A stretch of DNA of 64,000 nucleotides, from positions 96,001-160,000 of the IMG/VR virus record IMGVR_UViG_3300005326_000040, one strand, 5' to 3'. The translations under genes were made by a program, and so were the position numbers. Positions within the stretch are counted from its first letter, which is position 1; each line of letters begins with the position of its first letter. This document shows, one piece after another, positions 25,049 through 34,040 of the stretch. The notes beneath the pieces are model-generated. The model was not told the DNA's origin, did no database searches, and saw nothing but the letters and a program-made list of their open reading frames with translations. Origin of the DNA: a virus (Duplodnaviria > Caudoviricetes).

Positions 25049-25830
25049 GAATCATTTCCAAGTTCTTTGACTACTATGACAAGGCTTTGGCTCATGGTAT
25101 CGACCCTAAGCTAGTATACGTGAGGGAAACTAAGCAGGTCGATGTCGGATCTATTTCTTACAAGGAATCAAACAAACACAACCTGCGAACAAATTCGGAA
25201 GTTTTTCGATTGGCTGACACTATTGGCAACGCTTTCAATTTTGTGTGCCAAGAAGTTTGTCTGGTTGTATGTTTTTGTGGGCGAATGTATCCTGTTTACA
25301 ACTTCAACTTCGGTCATTCTGAATCGTTGAAGGGCTACAAGCATTATTACTCGATTGAATCGTTGCGTGCTGATGTATTTAGCAAAGCTTTTGAAGATAA
25401 ACTCTTTGAAGACTTTGGTTATGACGGAACAGCTTATACCCTTAGCGATTTGCGCAAAGTTTTAAACAATGAAAAGAACCATCTTTATTGGGGCGACAGT
25501 GTAAAGATCGAGGAGTTCGATAGTTATATTGGCAAAGAGATTGGGGATGACATCTTCCGTCATTTTGATGTTCCTATTCTGGCGATTCCTGCGAAGGGAA
25601 GAAGCCGAGATATCAAGGTAACTCTCAATCCTCGGCTCAACGAAATTGATTTCATCAAGGTTGTGGATCCTGTAACGGCATTTCAAGAAATCTCTATGTA
25701 CCTTGGGAGCAATCTAGCAAAACAAAAAGACCCTGACGTAAAGCTATCTGATGAAGTGAAGGCAGAAATTCACGGGTTTGATAAGTGGAGCTTTCGTCGG
25801 CCCAAGGATACTCGAAAGAGAAAAAGGTAA
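25045..25830 (+). CDS. phage protein of unknown function (MRIISKFFDYYD...FQEISMYL...HGFDKWSF)
   Basis: 261-aa ORF, ATGA overlap. Confidence 0.85.
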   Translation: MRIISKFFDYYDKALAHGIDPKLVYVRETKQVDVGSISYKESNKHNLRTNSEVFRLADTIGNAFNFVCQEVCLVVCFCGRMYPVYNFNFGHSESLKGYKHYYSIESLRADVFSKAFEDKLFEDFGYDGTAYTLSDLRKVLNNEKNHLYWGDSVKIEEFDSYIGKEIGDDIFRHFDVPILAIPAKGRSRDIKVTLNPRLNEIDFIKVVDPVTAFQEISMYLGSNLAKQKDPDVKLSDEVKAEIHGFDKWSFRRPKDTRKRKR

Positions 25831-25835
25831 GAAGC

Positions 25836-26165
25836 ATGTATAACGTTAATACTGATTTAGAAAAGGAATTCGATTGTCGCTGGGGTCCAACAGCGTTTCA
25901 TGGCAAGAAAATTGGAAGATGGTTTCTTTGTGTCTGGCCTGAGCCTGATAACAAAACGGTAAATGAAGCTGGTCGTTTTTATTATGAGATTCGTTATCAT
26001 TGTGCAAGAATGGAATTTGGAAGAGTAATTATGGATGCCAAAGACAACCAAATTCTGATAGAAAAAATGATTCCCAAAACAGGTCTCGCACATAAACCTG
26101 AGCTTATCAATGTGATGAATCAGTTGAATGCTATTGCAGAACAAGAATCACAACAATCTAAATAA
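25836..26165 (+). CDS. hypothetical protein, paralogue of 24677
   Basis: see 24677. Confidence 0.75.
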   Translation: MYNVNTDLEKEFDCRWGPTAFHGKKIGRWFLCVWPEPDNKTVNEAGRFYYEIRYHCARMEFGRVIMDAKDNQILIEKMIPKTGLAHKPELINVMNQLNAIAEQESQQSK

Positions 26166-26172
26166 GGCAATC

Positions 26173-26673
26173 ATGGGACAATGTCTTTTCTGTGGCAAAG
26201 AGACTCCGGATGGGTCCAACTATTGTAGCAGCGAATGTCACATCAATGCCGCTAAGGATTGCGGTGGAGAAGAAATTCGTCCCAATGGTCTTCCAATTAC
26301 ATGTATTAAGGCCAACGGGGATATGTTGGAGCATCCTGATGCTGACCATCCTGATTATAAGTTTCCCGTTGACGTAGAGTTTTGTGGAACGCAGGCACAA
26401 AAAGAAGAAATGTTTTCTTTGCACTCTCCCGGCGGCGAGGTAATTATTGATGAAAAGTTCATGAGCATGATGTGTCATCAAAATCATGCTCTAATTTATA
26501 GCGATGGGAATATTGCGATTACCATTTATGAGGCTCGATATTATATGTGGTTTCTAAAGAGAGGAACTTTTGACGGAGGGCCACATTGGGATACTGAAAG
26601 GAAAATGTGGAAACTGTCAGAAGAATCTCGTCTAAAGATTTTGAGCAAGTACAAGAGAGATAGAAATGTGTAA
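26173..26673 (+). CDS. hypothetical protein with N-terminal CxxC..YCSSEC finger
   Basis: AAGG RBS. Confidence 0.8.
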   Translation: MGQCLFCGKETPDGSNYCSSECHINAAKDCGGEEIRPNGLPITCIKANGDMLEHPDADHPDYKFPVDVEFCGTQAQKEEMFSLHSPGGEVIIDEKFMSMMCHQNHALIYSDGNIAITIYEARYYMWFLKRGTFDGGPHWDTERKMWKLSEESRLKILSKYKRDRNV

Positions 26674-26851
26674 CAAAAATACAAGGTTGCAGCCTGTTGC
26701 TTGTCCGCATTGTAACGGTAGCAATACAACTTGTCTTGAGTTGGAGACCAAGACATACTCTTGCAATGAATGTGGAAAGACTTTTGTGCCGAGATGTAAA
26801 GGATGCACTCGTTGCACATGCCGAGAGAAGAGAGATAACAATGAATGTTGA
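26666..26851 (+). CDS. small Cys-rich zinc-ribbon protein
   Basis: CPHC, CNEC, CKGCTRCTC. Confidence 0.6.
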   Translation: MCNKNTRLQPVACPHCNGSNTTCLELETKTYSCNECGKTFVPRCKGCTRCTCREKRDNNEC

Positions 26852-27077
26852 GGCTGAAATAGTACGATGTGACGAAGCTGTCTGTAAGCGTGAATTCTAT
26901 ACTTATTCGGTAGCTTCAATTGTGCGAGATATTATCATCGACGATGGCGGGATTGCTGAAATTCATAATTGTTTTTGTGGGGCAGATTCTATTTTTATTG
27001 TGGAGATGAAAAAAGCTGGAAGAAAATTCAAAACCCTTCGGTCAGCATTGTTGGATTCAATGATTCTACTGAGGTAA
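26841..27077 (+). CDS. hypothetical protein
   Basis: ORF in run. Confidence 0.6.
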   Translation: MNVEAEIVRCDEAVCKREFYTYSVASIVRDIIIDDGGIAEIHNCFCGADSIFIVEMKKAGRKFKTLRSALLDSMILLR

Positions 27078-27080
27078 GTT

Positions 27081-27416
27081 ATGCCCAAGGACAATAGAAT
27101 TACAATTAAGGTTGTGTTATGCACACTTAATGAAAAACCTGTTGTAAAGGTTTTATGTACTGACCACGAAAACGTCGTGAAGCAGTTTGCAGAAATTATT
27201 GGCGGGGCTGCTAACGGTATGGACTATTTCTACCCAGAACATTTTAGCCCTTATCGAATTATTTATGCTCTGGGTTCACCTTTCCCTAAGGGGTTTCTTG
27301 GTATACGTGGGTCATTTATTATCGTGAACACTAATACCGGAACTCACGGATGGGGTTTGAATTGTACAGACATTACAAGAATCTTCACCATGTTGCAGGA
27401 AAAAGGAAGACTATAA
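27081..27416 (+). CDS. DUF3846-like protein
   Basis: IKVVL...KPVVK...GSFIIV...LNCTDITRIF. Confidence 0.55.
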   Translation: MPKDNRITIKVVLCTLNEKPVVKVLCTDHENVVKQFAEIIGGAANGMDYFYPEHFSPYRIIYALGSPFPKGFLGIRGSFIIVNTNTGTHGWGLNCTDITRIFTMLQEKGRL

Positions 27417-27770
27417 ATGGACATTAAAACAAAAGCGATACGGGTAATTATATGTAAACCAAAAGAGGAACCCAAGGTAGTCGATACCAAATTTGAAGAT
27501 GCCGCTTTGGACAATCTTATTGGCGGCTATTTCCAACTCCAAGCGACATCAACTACTCGTTATTATTTGCCTTCGCCGTATCATCTTATTTATGATGGCC
27601 ATTACCGTGACCCTACTAAAAATGTGTTCGGACGTTTAGGAACAATAATCATTGTGAAACGAGATCCATTATCAGACGCTTATATTTCTATGAATTGCAA
27701 TGATATCGCCGCGCTGTTTGATAAGATTGCTGAAGCTCAAAAAAAAGGAAAAATAGATGCTGATTCTTGA
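27417..27770 (+). CDS. DUF3846-like protein
   Basis: IRVIICKPKEEPKVVD...LIGGYFQ...GTIIIVK...SMNCNDI. Confidence 0.65.
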   Translation: MDIKTKAIRVIICKPKEEPKVVDTKFEDAALDNLIGGYFQLQATSTTRYYLPSPYHLIYDGHYRDPTKNVFGRLGTIIIVKRDPLSDAYISMNCNDIAALFDKIAEAQKKGKIDADS

Positions 27771-28488
27771 ACGGGATAGAATGTTGGTTCGGAATGGCAT
27801 TCTGCGCCATAGTCTTCTTGCTAAAAGGCTAGAGCAGCACGCAAATCGAAACGAATACGTTCATAAGTTGTTTGGAATTGACGCGCACAAAAGCGACGGA
27901 AGTTGTGAAAAGAAGCATGGTGGAACAGGTGGTTTGGAGTATAGTCCAACTTACGTAGAAGTTATTCTTTATATGGTTGATAAGCTTCACCTGACGCCCA
28001 AAGATACTTTTTATGATTTGGGTTCGGGCAGAGGCTTGGTTACCAATCTCGTTGGTTTGCTGACAAAAGCTCAGGTCAAAGGTATTGAACCTGTTCCTGA
28101 ATACGTAGACAATGCTCGTCGCGTTTCACGAGACCTTGGCATCACGAATGTTCGGACGATTCAACTCAAGGCTGATGAAGCTGACTATACAGATGGAACC
28201 GTATTTTATTGTTACAAGCCTTTTACGTATAATGTAATCAAAAAGGTTGCGGAAAAAATTAGACTAGAAACGCTGGGCAAGAACATTCGTATTGTTACCT
28301 TTCAAAATGATTTTGAATGGGTTCAGCTTGGATGGTTGCGTCGAACCAACAGCGCCTTCTTTAGACCTCCAGGTGACCCATTGGACGAAATGCTCAGTGT
28401 GTTCCAACCCAGGACGCCATCTGAACATGACCTCCCTAATCATCGTCCTCAATTGAAGAACAAAATTATTTATCCTAGCAAGAAATAG
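27757..28488 (+). CDS. class I SAM-dependent methyltransferase, DOT1-like
   Basis: YSPT..., FYDLGSGRG motif I, GIEP motif II, VFYCYKPF. Confidence 0.75.
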   Translation: MLILERDRMLVRNGILRHSLLAKRLEQHANRNEYVHKLFGIDAHKSDGSCEKKHGGTGGLEYSPTYVEVILYMVDKLHLTPKDTFYDLGSGRGLVTNLVGLLTKAQVKGIEPVPEYVDNARRVSRDLGITNVRTIQLKADEADYTDGTVFYCYKPFTYNVIKKVAEKIRLETLGKNIRIVTFQNDFEWVQLGWLRRTNSAFFRPPGDPLDEMLSVFQPRTPSEHDLPNHRPQLKNKIIYPSKK

Positions 28489-28505
28489 ATAAAAGAAATC
28501 CAAAT

Positions 28506-28534
28506 TTGACATTGAAAATAGGTTCAAGTATAAA
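28506..28534 (+). promoter_or_regulatory. sigma70 promoter driving the CPGPWMT array
   Basis: TTGACA-17nt-TATAAA. Confidence 0.75.
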
Positions 28535-28554
28535 AACCACCAACGGATATTTGC

Positions 28555-28905
28555 ATGAACCTAAATGAATTGTTTGCAGATCAATGCTCAAGGTACTATA
28601 CTTTAGACCTACCAAAAATTGGTACAATTAAAATTTGGTATGGCAATACAGCCTTTAGCCGTTGTTTGAATAAGCGTGACCTAAACACTTATGAAACTTT
28701 TGAGTTTGTAGTTACTTGGCGTAGTTTTTCCCCTCGCATTAAACTTGAAAAAACAGGTTATTATTTTATGGACGATGCTGAACATCTTCATTGTTTGTGC
28801 GTGCCAAAAGAAATGTTTTTACAATATTTACGCAAGTTGATGCGATTGAGCGGAATGTGTCCTGGTCCTTGGATGACCGAAGAGGAAAGGCTACTAGACG
28901 AATGA
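28555..28905 (+). CDS. CPGPWMT-tail array member 1
   Basis: LNELF...MCPGPWMTEEE. Confidence 0.85.
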   Translation: MNLNELFADQCSRYYTLDLPKIGTIKIWYGNTAFSRCLNKRDLNTYETFEFVVTWRSFSPRIKLEKTGYYFMDDAEHLHCLCVPKEMFLQYLRKLMRLSGMCPGPWMTEEERLLDE

Positions 28906-29354
28906 AACTGTCCCAATTGTTTGAGCATAGTTCTCATCAACATCGTTTGGATATCAAGGCTGAAGAAGGCGTAAATCCTTCAAGCGGAAGATTCAATGTT
29001 AGAATTACTCTGTTTGCAAGGTCTGGTTATCGTTGCGATCTGAAACCGGGCAGAAAGATTACTTCTACTAGACTTACTGACTATCGAACATATGAAGTTG
29101 TTTTTGCTGTTATCACCGGTTTAACTGAACTAGAAAAAAAGTATTGTGTTCAAATTACGGATTATTTGAATTCTCCAAAATGCGCAATACGGGAATATAA
29201 ATTCAACGCTAATCATTATGCCCGCGTTCCAAGAGAAAATATATGTAAAGCAATTATTGATTTGATGCGCATCTGTAGGGTTTGTCCTGGCCCTTGGATG
29301 ACAGAAAAAGAATTGAAGGAAGAAGAAGATAAGCTTGCTGGAGTCAAAAGTTGA
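28902..29354 (+). CDS. CPGPWMT-tail array member 2
   Basis: LSQLF...VCPGPWMTEKE. Confidence 0.85.
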   Translation: MKLSQLFEHSSHQHRLDIKAEEGVNPSSGRFNVRITLFARSGYRCDLKPGRKITSTRLTDYRTYEVVFAVITGLTELEKKYCVQITDYLNSPKCAIREYKFNANHYARVPRENICKAIIDLMRICRVCPGPWMTEKELKEEEDKLAGVKS

Positions 29355-29845
29355 ATCTAGAAAAACTCTTTGTAAAGCGGTCTGATACTATGGGCACGCA
29401 TTGTGTGTGCATTCGGAAAGCTACAAAAAATAAACGAGCTACTATCTCTCAAGATTATAATAGCTTCTCTTCTGTAAGATTGTTTATTTATACTAGCGCG
29501 CATTATAAGTCTAAACCTACTGAACAAAATCCTCGTTGCATTAAGCATATGCTTAGTGACTATGTTGATTTTGAGGTTTTGATTCAGTATTTTGATTATG
29601 ATGGAGAATCGTCTGTACCAGGGAACGCAGAACTTTCTGACAACAATTGTTGGCACGATATCACTATTAGGAATATACTAAACGCCCCACAATATGCGCC
29701 TTATAAGCATTCTTCCAGGCGCTTTTACAATATGCCTAGGGTTTATGTTGAGAACTTTGTAACTGATGTTTTGAGGGCGTTTGGAATTTGCCCTGGGCCT
29801 TGGATGACAGAAGAAGAAAAGGCGGCATCAAATGTTCCTACATAA
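29351..29845 (+). CDS. CPGPWMT-tail array member 3
   Basis: LEKLF...ICPGPWMTEEE; TTG start. Confidence 0.8.
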   Translation: MNLEKLFVKRSDTMGTHCVCIRKATKNKRATISQDYNSFSSVRLFIYTSAHYKSKPTEQNPRCIKHMLSDYVDFEVLIQYFDYDGESSVPGNAELSDNNCWHDITIRNILNAPQYAPYKHSSRRFYNMPRVYVENFVTDVLRAFGICPGPWMTEEEKAASNVPT

Positions 29846-30239
29846 GCTATTCAAGCGTAGTAGTTATGCTGATTCTTGTAGAGATTTGGTAATTCCTCAG
29901 TGTTGTACTATTAGACTTTGGTTTAGTGACACATTAGCTATACAAGAGCCGGGCGGGCATAGAGAAGATTTGGAGGCTTATACACATTTTGAAGTTCAAA
30001 TTACACCATCATATATGATTGGAAATACATTTCCGGATGATTTTCCTACGCTAGCCAAAGAGTACTGGTTCTATAGTTTTTTGAAAAAAAATGAACATTA
30101 TTACAAATTGGTCCCAAGAGAAATATTGGAAGGTTTTATTATGGATTTGATGAGAGCAAACAATATGTGCCCTGGGCCTTGGATGACAAGAGAAGAAAAG
30201 GAAGCATCAAATGCTCCTAAACAAGCTATTCAAGAGTAG
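29832..30239 (+). CDS. CPGPWMT-tail array member 4
   Basis: LHKLF...MCPGPWMTREE. Confidence 0.85.
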   Translation: MFLHKLFKRSSYADSCRDLVIPQCCTIRLWFSDTLAIQEPGGHREDLEAYTHFEVQITPSYMIGNTFPDDFPTLAKEYWFYSFLKKNEHYYKLVPREILEGFIMDLMRANNMCPGPWMTREEKEASNAPKQAIQE

Positions 30240-30603
30240 CAATTATTCTGATTCTTGTAGAGAATTGTTAATTCCTCGTTTGTGTATCATTAGACTTTGG
30301 TTTGGCGACGCTTTGGTTATACGAAAGCCGGATGGGAATAGAACAAACCTTGATGATTACACACATTTTGAAGCTCAAGTTGTGCCAGCACCTGGGACTA
30401 AAAATAGGTTTCCGGATGGTTTTCCTATACTATTGAAAGAGTTCTGGTTTAGTAATCAGTTATACAACGATGAACATTATTACAAATTGGTCCCAAGAGA
30501 AATCTTGGAACGCTTTATTGTGGATTTAATGAGAGCAAATAATATGTGTCCAGGACCTTGGATGACTGAAGAAGAAAAGGGAGCACCAAATGTTCCTTGC
30601 TAA
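30211..30603 (+). CDS. CPGPWMT-tail array member 5
   Basis: LNKLF...MCPGPWMTEEE. Confidence 0.85.
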   Translation: MLLNKLFKSSNYSDSCRELLIPRLCIIRLWFGDALVIRKPDGNRTNLDDYTHFEAQVVPAPGTKNRFPDGFPILLKEFWFSNQLYNDEHYYKLVPREILERFIVDLMRANNMCPGPWMTEEEKGAPNVPC

Positions 30604-30952
30604 GTTATTTAAACACAGCGATTATTCTAGTTCTTGTAGAGATTTGGTAATTCCTCAGTGTTGTATTATTAGACTTTGGTTTGGCACATCTTTGGTTAGA
30701 CGCAAACCCGACAGCGACAGAACGTGTTTGGATAATTATACGCATTTTGAAGCTCAAATTTTAGGAATTGGCGGGAAGCGGTTACCAGAAAATTTTCCTA
30801 CACTCCCGCCAAAATATAAGTATGACAATACGGACCAACGTTATTACAGCTTAGTCCCAAGAGAAATATTGGAACGTTTTATCATAGACTTGATGCGAAA
30901 ACACAATATGTGTCCAGGCCCTTGGATGACAGAAGAAGAGAAAGGAAAGTGA
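30590..30952 (+). CDS. CPGPWMT-tail array member 6
   Basis: LAKLF...MCPGPWMTEEE. Confidence 0.85.
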   Translation: MFLAKLFKHSDYSSSCRDLVIPQCCIIRLWFGTSLVRRKPDSDRTCLDNYTHFEAQILGIGGKRLPENFPTLPPKYKYDNTDQRYYSLVPREILERFIIDLMRKHNMCPGPWMTEEEKGK

Positions 30953-30953
30953 A

Positions 30954-31091
30954 ATGCCTTTTCATTTTTGTGGCGATGAACTGATGGCGCTTTTGGCAAT
31001 GTTTCCGTTCCTTGGAGTAATCTATTTGAAGCTTCGTTCTTATTTTGGCAAGAAGAAGCTATGTAAGAAGTGTGACCATGAGCACAACTAA
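30954..31091 (+). CDS. small membrane protein MPFHFCGDELMALL (45 aa, not in ORF track)
   Basis: AAGGA RBS; TM segment plus basic/Cys-His tail. Confidence 0.55.
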   Translation: MPFHFCGDELMALLAMFPFLGVIYLKLRSYFGKKKLCKKCDHEHN

Positions 31092-31497
31092 ACAAGTTAT
31101 TGTGGTAAGGAAAGACCTTAAAATGAAACATGGGAAATTTGCCGCCCAGGTTTCACATGCTGCTATGGCTTTCCTTACAAGGCAAATTAAAGAAGGCCAT
31201 AGAGGTAACCAACCTGTTCTCTATGGTGACGGTAATTCTTCTGTTCTAATTAATATTTGGGCGCCAGAATATCAGTGGATACAAGAGTCTTATGTCAAGG
31301 TTGTTCTTGCTGCCAAGGATGAGCAAGAACTACGAGAAGTAATGGATGCTGGGAAAGCTGCCGGACTAGAAGTCCACGGTATTATTGATGAAGGCCGGAC
31401 AGTTTTCAACGGTGTTCCAACACTAACCTGCGCTAGTTTTGGCCCGGATGAAAATGAGAAGATTGATAAAGTAACAGGACATCTTCCGCTTTATTAA
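31078..31497 (+). CDS. pth2: peptidyl-tRNA hydrolase type 2
   Basis: KQVIVVRKDLKM..GK.AAQVSHA...KVVL...DEGRT...TC...GP..KIDKVTGHLPL. Confidence 0.92.
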   Translation: MSTTKQVIVVRKDLKMKHGKFAAQVSHAAMAFLTRQIKEGHRGNQPVLYGDGNSSVLINIWAPEYQWIQESYVKVVLAAKDEQELREVMDAGKAAGLEVHGIIDEGRTVFNGVPTLTCASFGPDENEKIDKVTGHLPLY

Positions 31498-31523
31498 AAG
31501 ACAAAAACAAAAGGTAAATCATC

Positions 31524-31664
31524 ATGAAGTTTCTTGGTAAGCTTCTTGTTTTCTTTTTTATCTACGCCGTTATCTTTTTTACTCTTAAGCTTTTTTGGAT
31601 GCCTACGTTGATCGCTTTTATTCTTGCGGTTCTCGTAGCGTTTTGGTGTGCTAAGCAGGTGTAA
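31524..31664 (+). CDS. small two-TM membrane protein (46 aa, not in ORF track)
   Basis: hydrophobic ORF after AAGG. Confidence 0.55.
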   Translation: MKFLGKLLVFFFIYAVIFFTLKLFWMPTLIAFILAVLVAFWCAKQV

Positions 31665-31666
31665 AA

Positions 31667-32107
31667 ATGGCTAGGGTTATTCTTCAAGAGCATACGGTAA
31701 GAAAAGTAGACATTCTATATCCTGCTGCGATGGAAGAGATGTCGATTCTTTGTGAACAATTGATGAAACAACCTGACCCTAGAATTGTAAAGGTTGTTCG
31801 TTTTTCTAAAAAGGGGCAAGTGTTTTCTCATACGATGGAGCTTCTTCATCACCTTGCTGAACGAGAAAGAATACTAGCTGATATTTTTTATGGTTTGAAT
31901 AAGAAGCATGATTTTTTGAATTTGGATATGGACCTAAGGAAATTTGTAAAGTTTCTTTTTTCCATCTCCGATTTTTATCTTGATATTCACAGCGGAAATA
32001 TTATGAAAGATTCTCAAGGAAACTATAAGATTATTGATTTGGAAAGTATTGACTTTTACAAATATATGAAGAGTTTATCTACAAAAGCCAAAGGTTCATC
32101 TAACTGA
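31667..32107 (+). CDS. minimal protein-kinase-fold protein
   Basis: LDIHSGNIM catalytic loop and KIIDLE Mg-binding motif. Confidence 0.65.
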   Translation: MARVILQEHTVRKVDILYPAAMEEMSILCEQLMKQPDPRIVKVVRFSKKGQVFSHTMELLHHLAERERILADIFYGLNKKHDFLNLDMDLRKFVKFLFSISDFYLDIHSGNIMKDSQGNYKIIDLESIDFYKYMKSLSTKAKGSSN

Positions 32108-32305
32108 AATTTGATTTTGTTTTCATATTTTTGGGCTACAATCTTCCTACTGTACACTAGAAGGTCTACCAAGCTCGCTTCGCTCGCTTGGCAAAGATCA
32201 AAGATCCTACAAGGATCTTTAATTTAACCTGAAAGAAAAGTTTTGAATTAAAAATCGTATATGGTCATACACATTTGTAAGATAATGTAGGATAAGGAGA
32301 TTAAC
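32108..32305. other. AT-rich intergenic with two hairpins
   Basis: CCAAGC/GCTTGG (32169-32191), AAAGATCCT/AGGATCTTT (32200-32220). Confidence 0.45.
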
Positions 32306-32626
32306 ATGTCACGTATGTACGCTGAAGATCACTCGGTTCTAAGTTCGGTAATCATTGGTATTGTAATGTTTGCCATTATTGGTGTGTTTGTAAGTCTTAG
32401 AGGCGGCTGCGTTGATAATTCTGTGGCACTAAAGGCGGCTAGGGTGAACGGCTTCACGGAGGCGAAAATTTTAGATAAGCGAAGTATGTTCCCGGCTTGG
32501 GAGGGATGCGCTGAATCGGATGCTGTAGCCTTCAAGATGCAAGCAAAGAATCCTGTAGGACAGCAAGTGAACTTTACCGTGTGTGCTGGCTGGCCATTTA
32601 AAGGTGCAACCATCAGAGTACCGTAG
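32306..32626 (+). CDS. membrane-anchored phage protein (GF...GC..SD..F.A.NP.G....VC.G..KG.TIR)
   Basis: AAGGAG RBS; N-terminal TM. Confidence 0.8.
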   Translation: MSRMYAEDHSVLSSVIIGIVMFAIIGVFVSLRGGCVDNSVALKAARVNGFTEAKILDKRSMFPAWEGCAESDAVAFKMQAKNPVGQQVNFTVCAGWPFKGATIRVP

Positions 32627-32628
32627 CT

Positions 32629-33081
32629 ATGCCTCAACCAAGAGAATTTAATCTCATTTCAAGTCCTCTAAGAGGATATTATGCGAGATTTATTTGCCCA
32701 ATTGTTAAGGGCGAGCTTAAAGGACAACTAGTTATAGTTATTGCTTCTCTGAAAACAGACGTAGGCTATCCTTTTGAATGTTATGATGTTTGCTCACAGA
32801 CATTTTGTCTTAATATAGATTCAAAAAGTCGTGATTTTTATCTAAGCCTTGGTATTTCAGGCTTTAACATTGCGTATAGTAGTTTTAGCAACAAATATAT
32901 AGTGCAAGGATTGCACAGAGATTATTTGGGAGAGCTTTTGGAAAAGCTAGACTGCGAAAGGAAGCCAGAAAAGACATACGATAAGGGCGGAATTTGCGCT
33001 ACCTGCGGAGAGTATGATGAATTTGCTGCGTTTTATCCTAATTATCGACAGACGCGGTGTACTAAGCACGCCTCCAAATAA
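32629..33081 (+). CDS. hypothetical protein with C-terminal CxxC..YD.FA..CxxH finger
   Basis: tail GICATCGEYDEFA...RCTKH. Confidence 0.75.
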   Translation: MPQPREFNLISSPLRGYYARFICPIVKGELKGQLVIVIASLKTDVGYPFECYDVCSQTFCLNIDSKSRDFYLSLGISGFNIAYSSFSNKYIVQGLHRDYLGELLEKLDCERKPEKTYDKGGICATCGEYDEFAAFYPNYRQTRCTKHASK

Positions 33082-33099
33082 GAAAGAAAAGGAACTATC

Positions 33100-33282
33100 A
33101 TGTCATCCATCTTTGGTCTCGTAATGTTTGCCTTTCTCGCTGTTGTGTACTTCGTTCCGAGCATCATCGCAGCAAGCAAGAACAAGAGCAACGTGGCAGC
33201 TATCGCTTGTTTGAACTTCTTGCTTGGTTGGACGATTATTGGTTGGGTTGTTTGTTTTATTTGGGCGGCAATGGATGATTGA
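33100..33282 (+). CDS. superinfection immunity protein (T4 Imm-like)
   Basis: YFVPSIIA...I..LN.LLGWTIIGWVV..IWA. Confidence 0.88.
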   Translation: MSSIFGLVMFAFLAVVYFVPSIIAASKNKSNVAAIACLNFLLGWTIIGWVVCFIWAAMDD

Positions 33283-33328
33283 ATTGTATTAGAAGAAGGA
33301 ATTAATCCAACCATAAAGAAAGAAACGA

Positions 33329-33706
33329 ATGGGGTCCATCATTCGGGTTGTTGGTTACGATTCAATCGCAGAAAAATTGGAGGTTATGGATATCAATCAA
33401 ATAGAAGGCTTTCGTGAGTTTTTTAAAGGCGACTGGGACAGACAGAGTTACTGGCTGTATCTCCCAGGTAGCAATGACATATCTTATTCTATTTGCTATT
33501 ATGTGGGCTCTGTAACTAATCTCAAGCGAACACCATTTAGGATTAATAGCTGGGGTAGTTATCTTGTTGGCAATATTATTATCACCAAAGAAGTAAGGAA
33601 TTCCGGACGCGCTTATTCTTCAATGCAGTGTTCTGATATTTCATTTATCTTTCAAAGGTTTGAGGATTACAAAAAGGAATTTGATCGGCGTAGACCAAAT
33701 GGATAA
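33329..33706 (+). CDS. DUF3846-like protein
   Basis: IRVVG..LEVMDI...GNIIITK...SMQCSDI. Confidence 0.55.
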   Translation: MGSIIRVVGYDSIAEKLEVMDINQIEGFREFFKGDWDRQSYWLYLPGSNDISYSICYYVGSVTNLKRTPFRINSWGSYLVGNIIITKEVRNSGRAYSSMQCSDISFIFQRFEDYKKEFDRRRPNG

Positions 33707-34040
33707 AAAATATCCTACCATACGCGTTATTATTTTGGCTCCCGGTAAACAATTGGAAGTAAAGGATATTGAAAACACATGGATGAGTTTTGAAAGAATC
33801 GTTGGGTCTAATTATACTGCGATACGGTATTCTCAAGGTAAAAATCACTATAACATTTACAGCATGAATTATAATGACTTAGAACGTCAGCCCAAAAACA
33901 TTTTAGGAAACAAAGGAATTAATATTATTGTTAGGTATGAAGGGGGAAGAGGGTCTACAAATATAGGATGCGAAGACGTAAATTTTTTCCTTGCAGAAAT
34001 TGCCGCGAAGGAAGAAAATGTTAAAGCCAAAGCCAAATAA
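33699..34040 (+). CDS. DUF3846-like protein
   Basis: IRVIILAPGKQLEVKDIENTWMSFERIVG. Confidence 0.7.
   Translation: MDKKYPTIRVIILAPGKQLEVKDIENTWMSFERIVGSNYTAIRYSQGKNHYNIYSMNYNDLERQPKNILGNKGINIIVRYEGGRGSTNIGCEDVNFFLAEIAAKEENVKAKAK

Noticed and set aside
28555-30952. CRISPR array or DGR explanation for the recurring CCTTGGATGAC motif
   Set aside because: Spacing is about 360-500 nt, the repeats are coding with synonymous variation, differences are not adenine-specific, and no reverse transcriptase or cas gene is in the window
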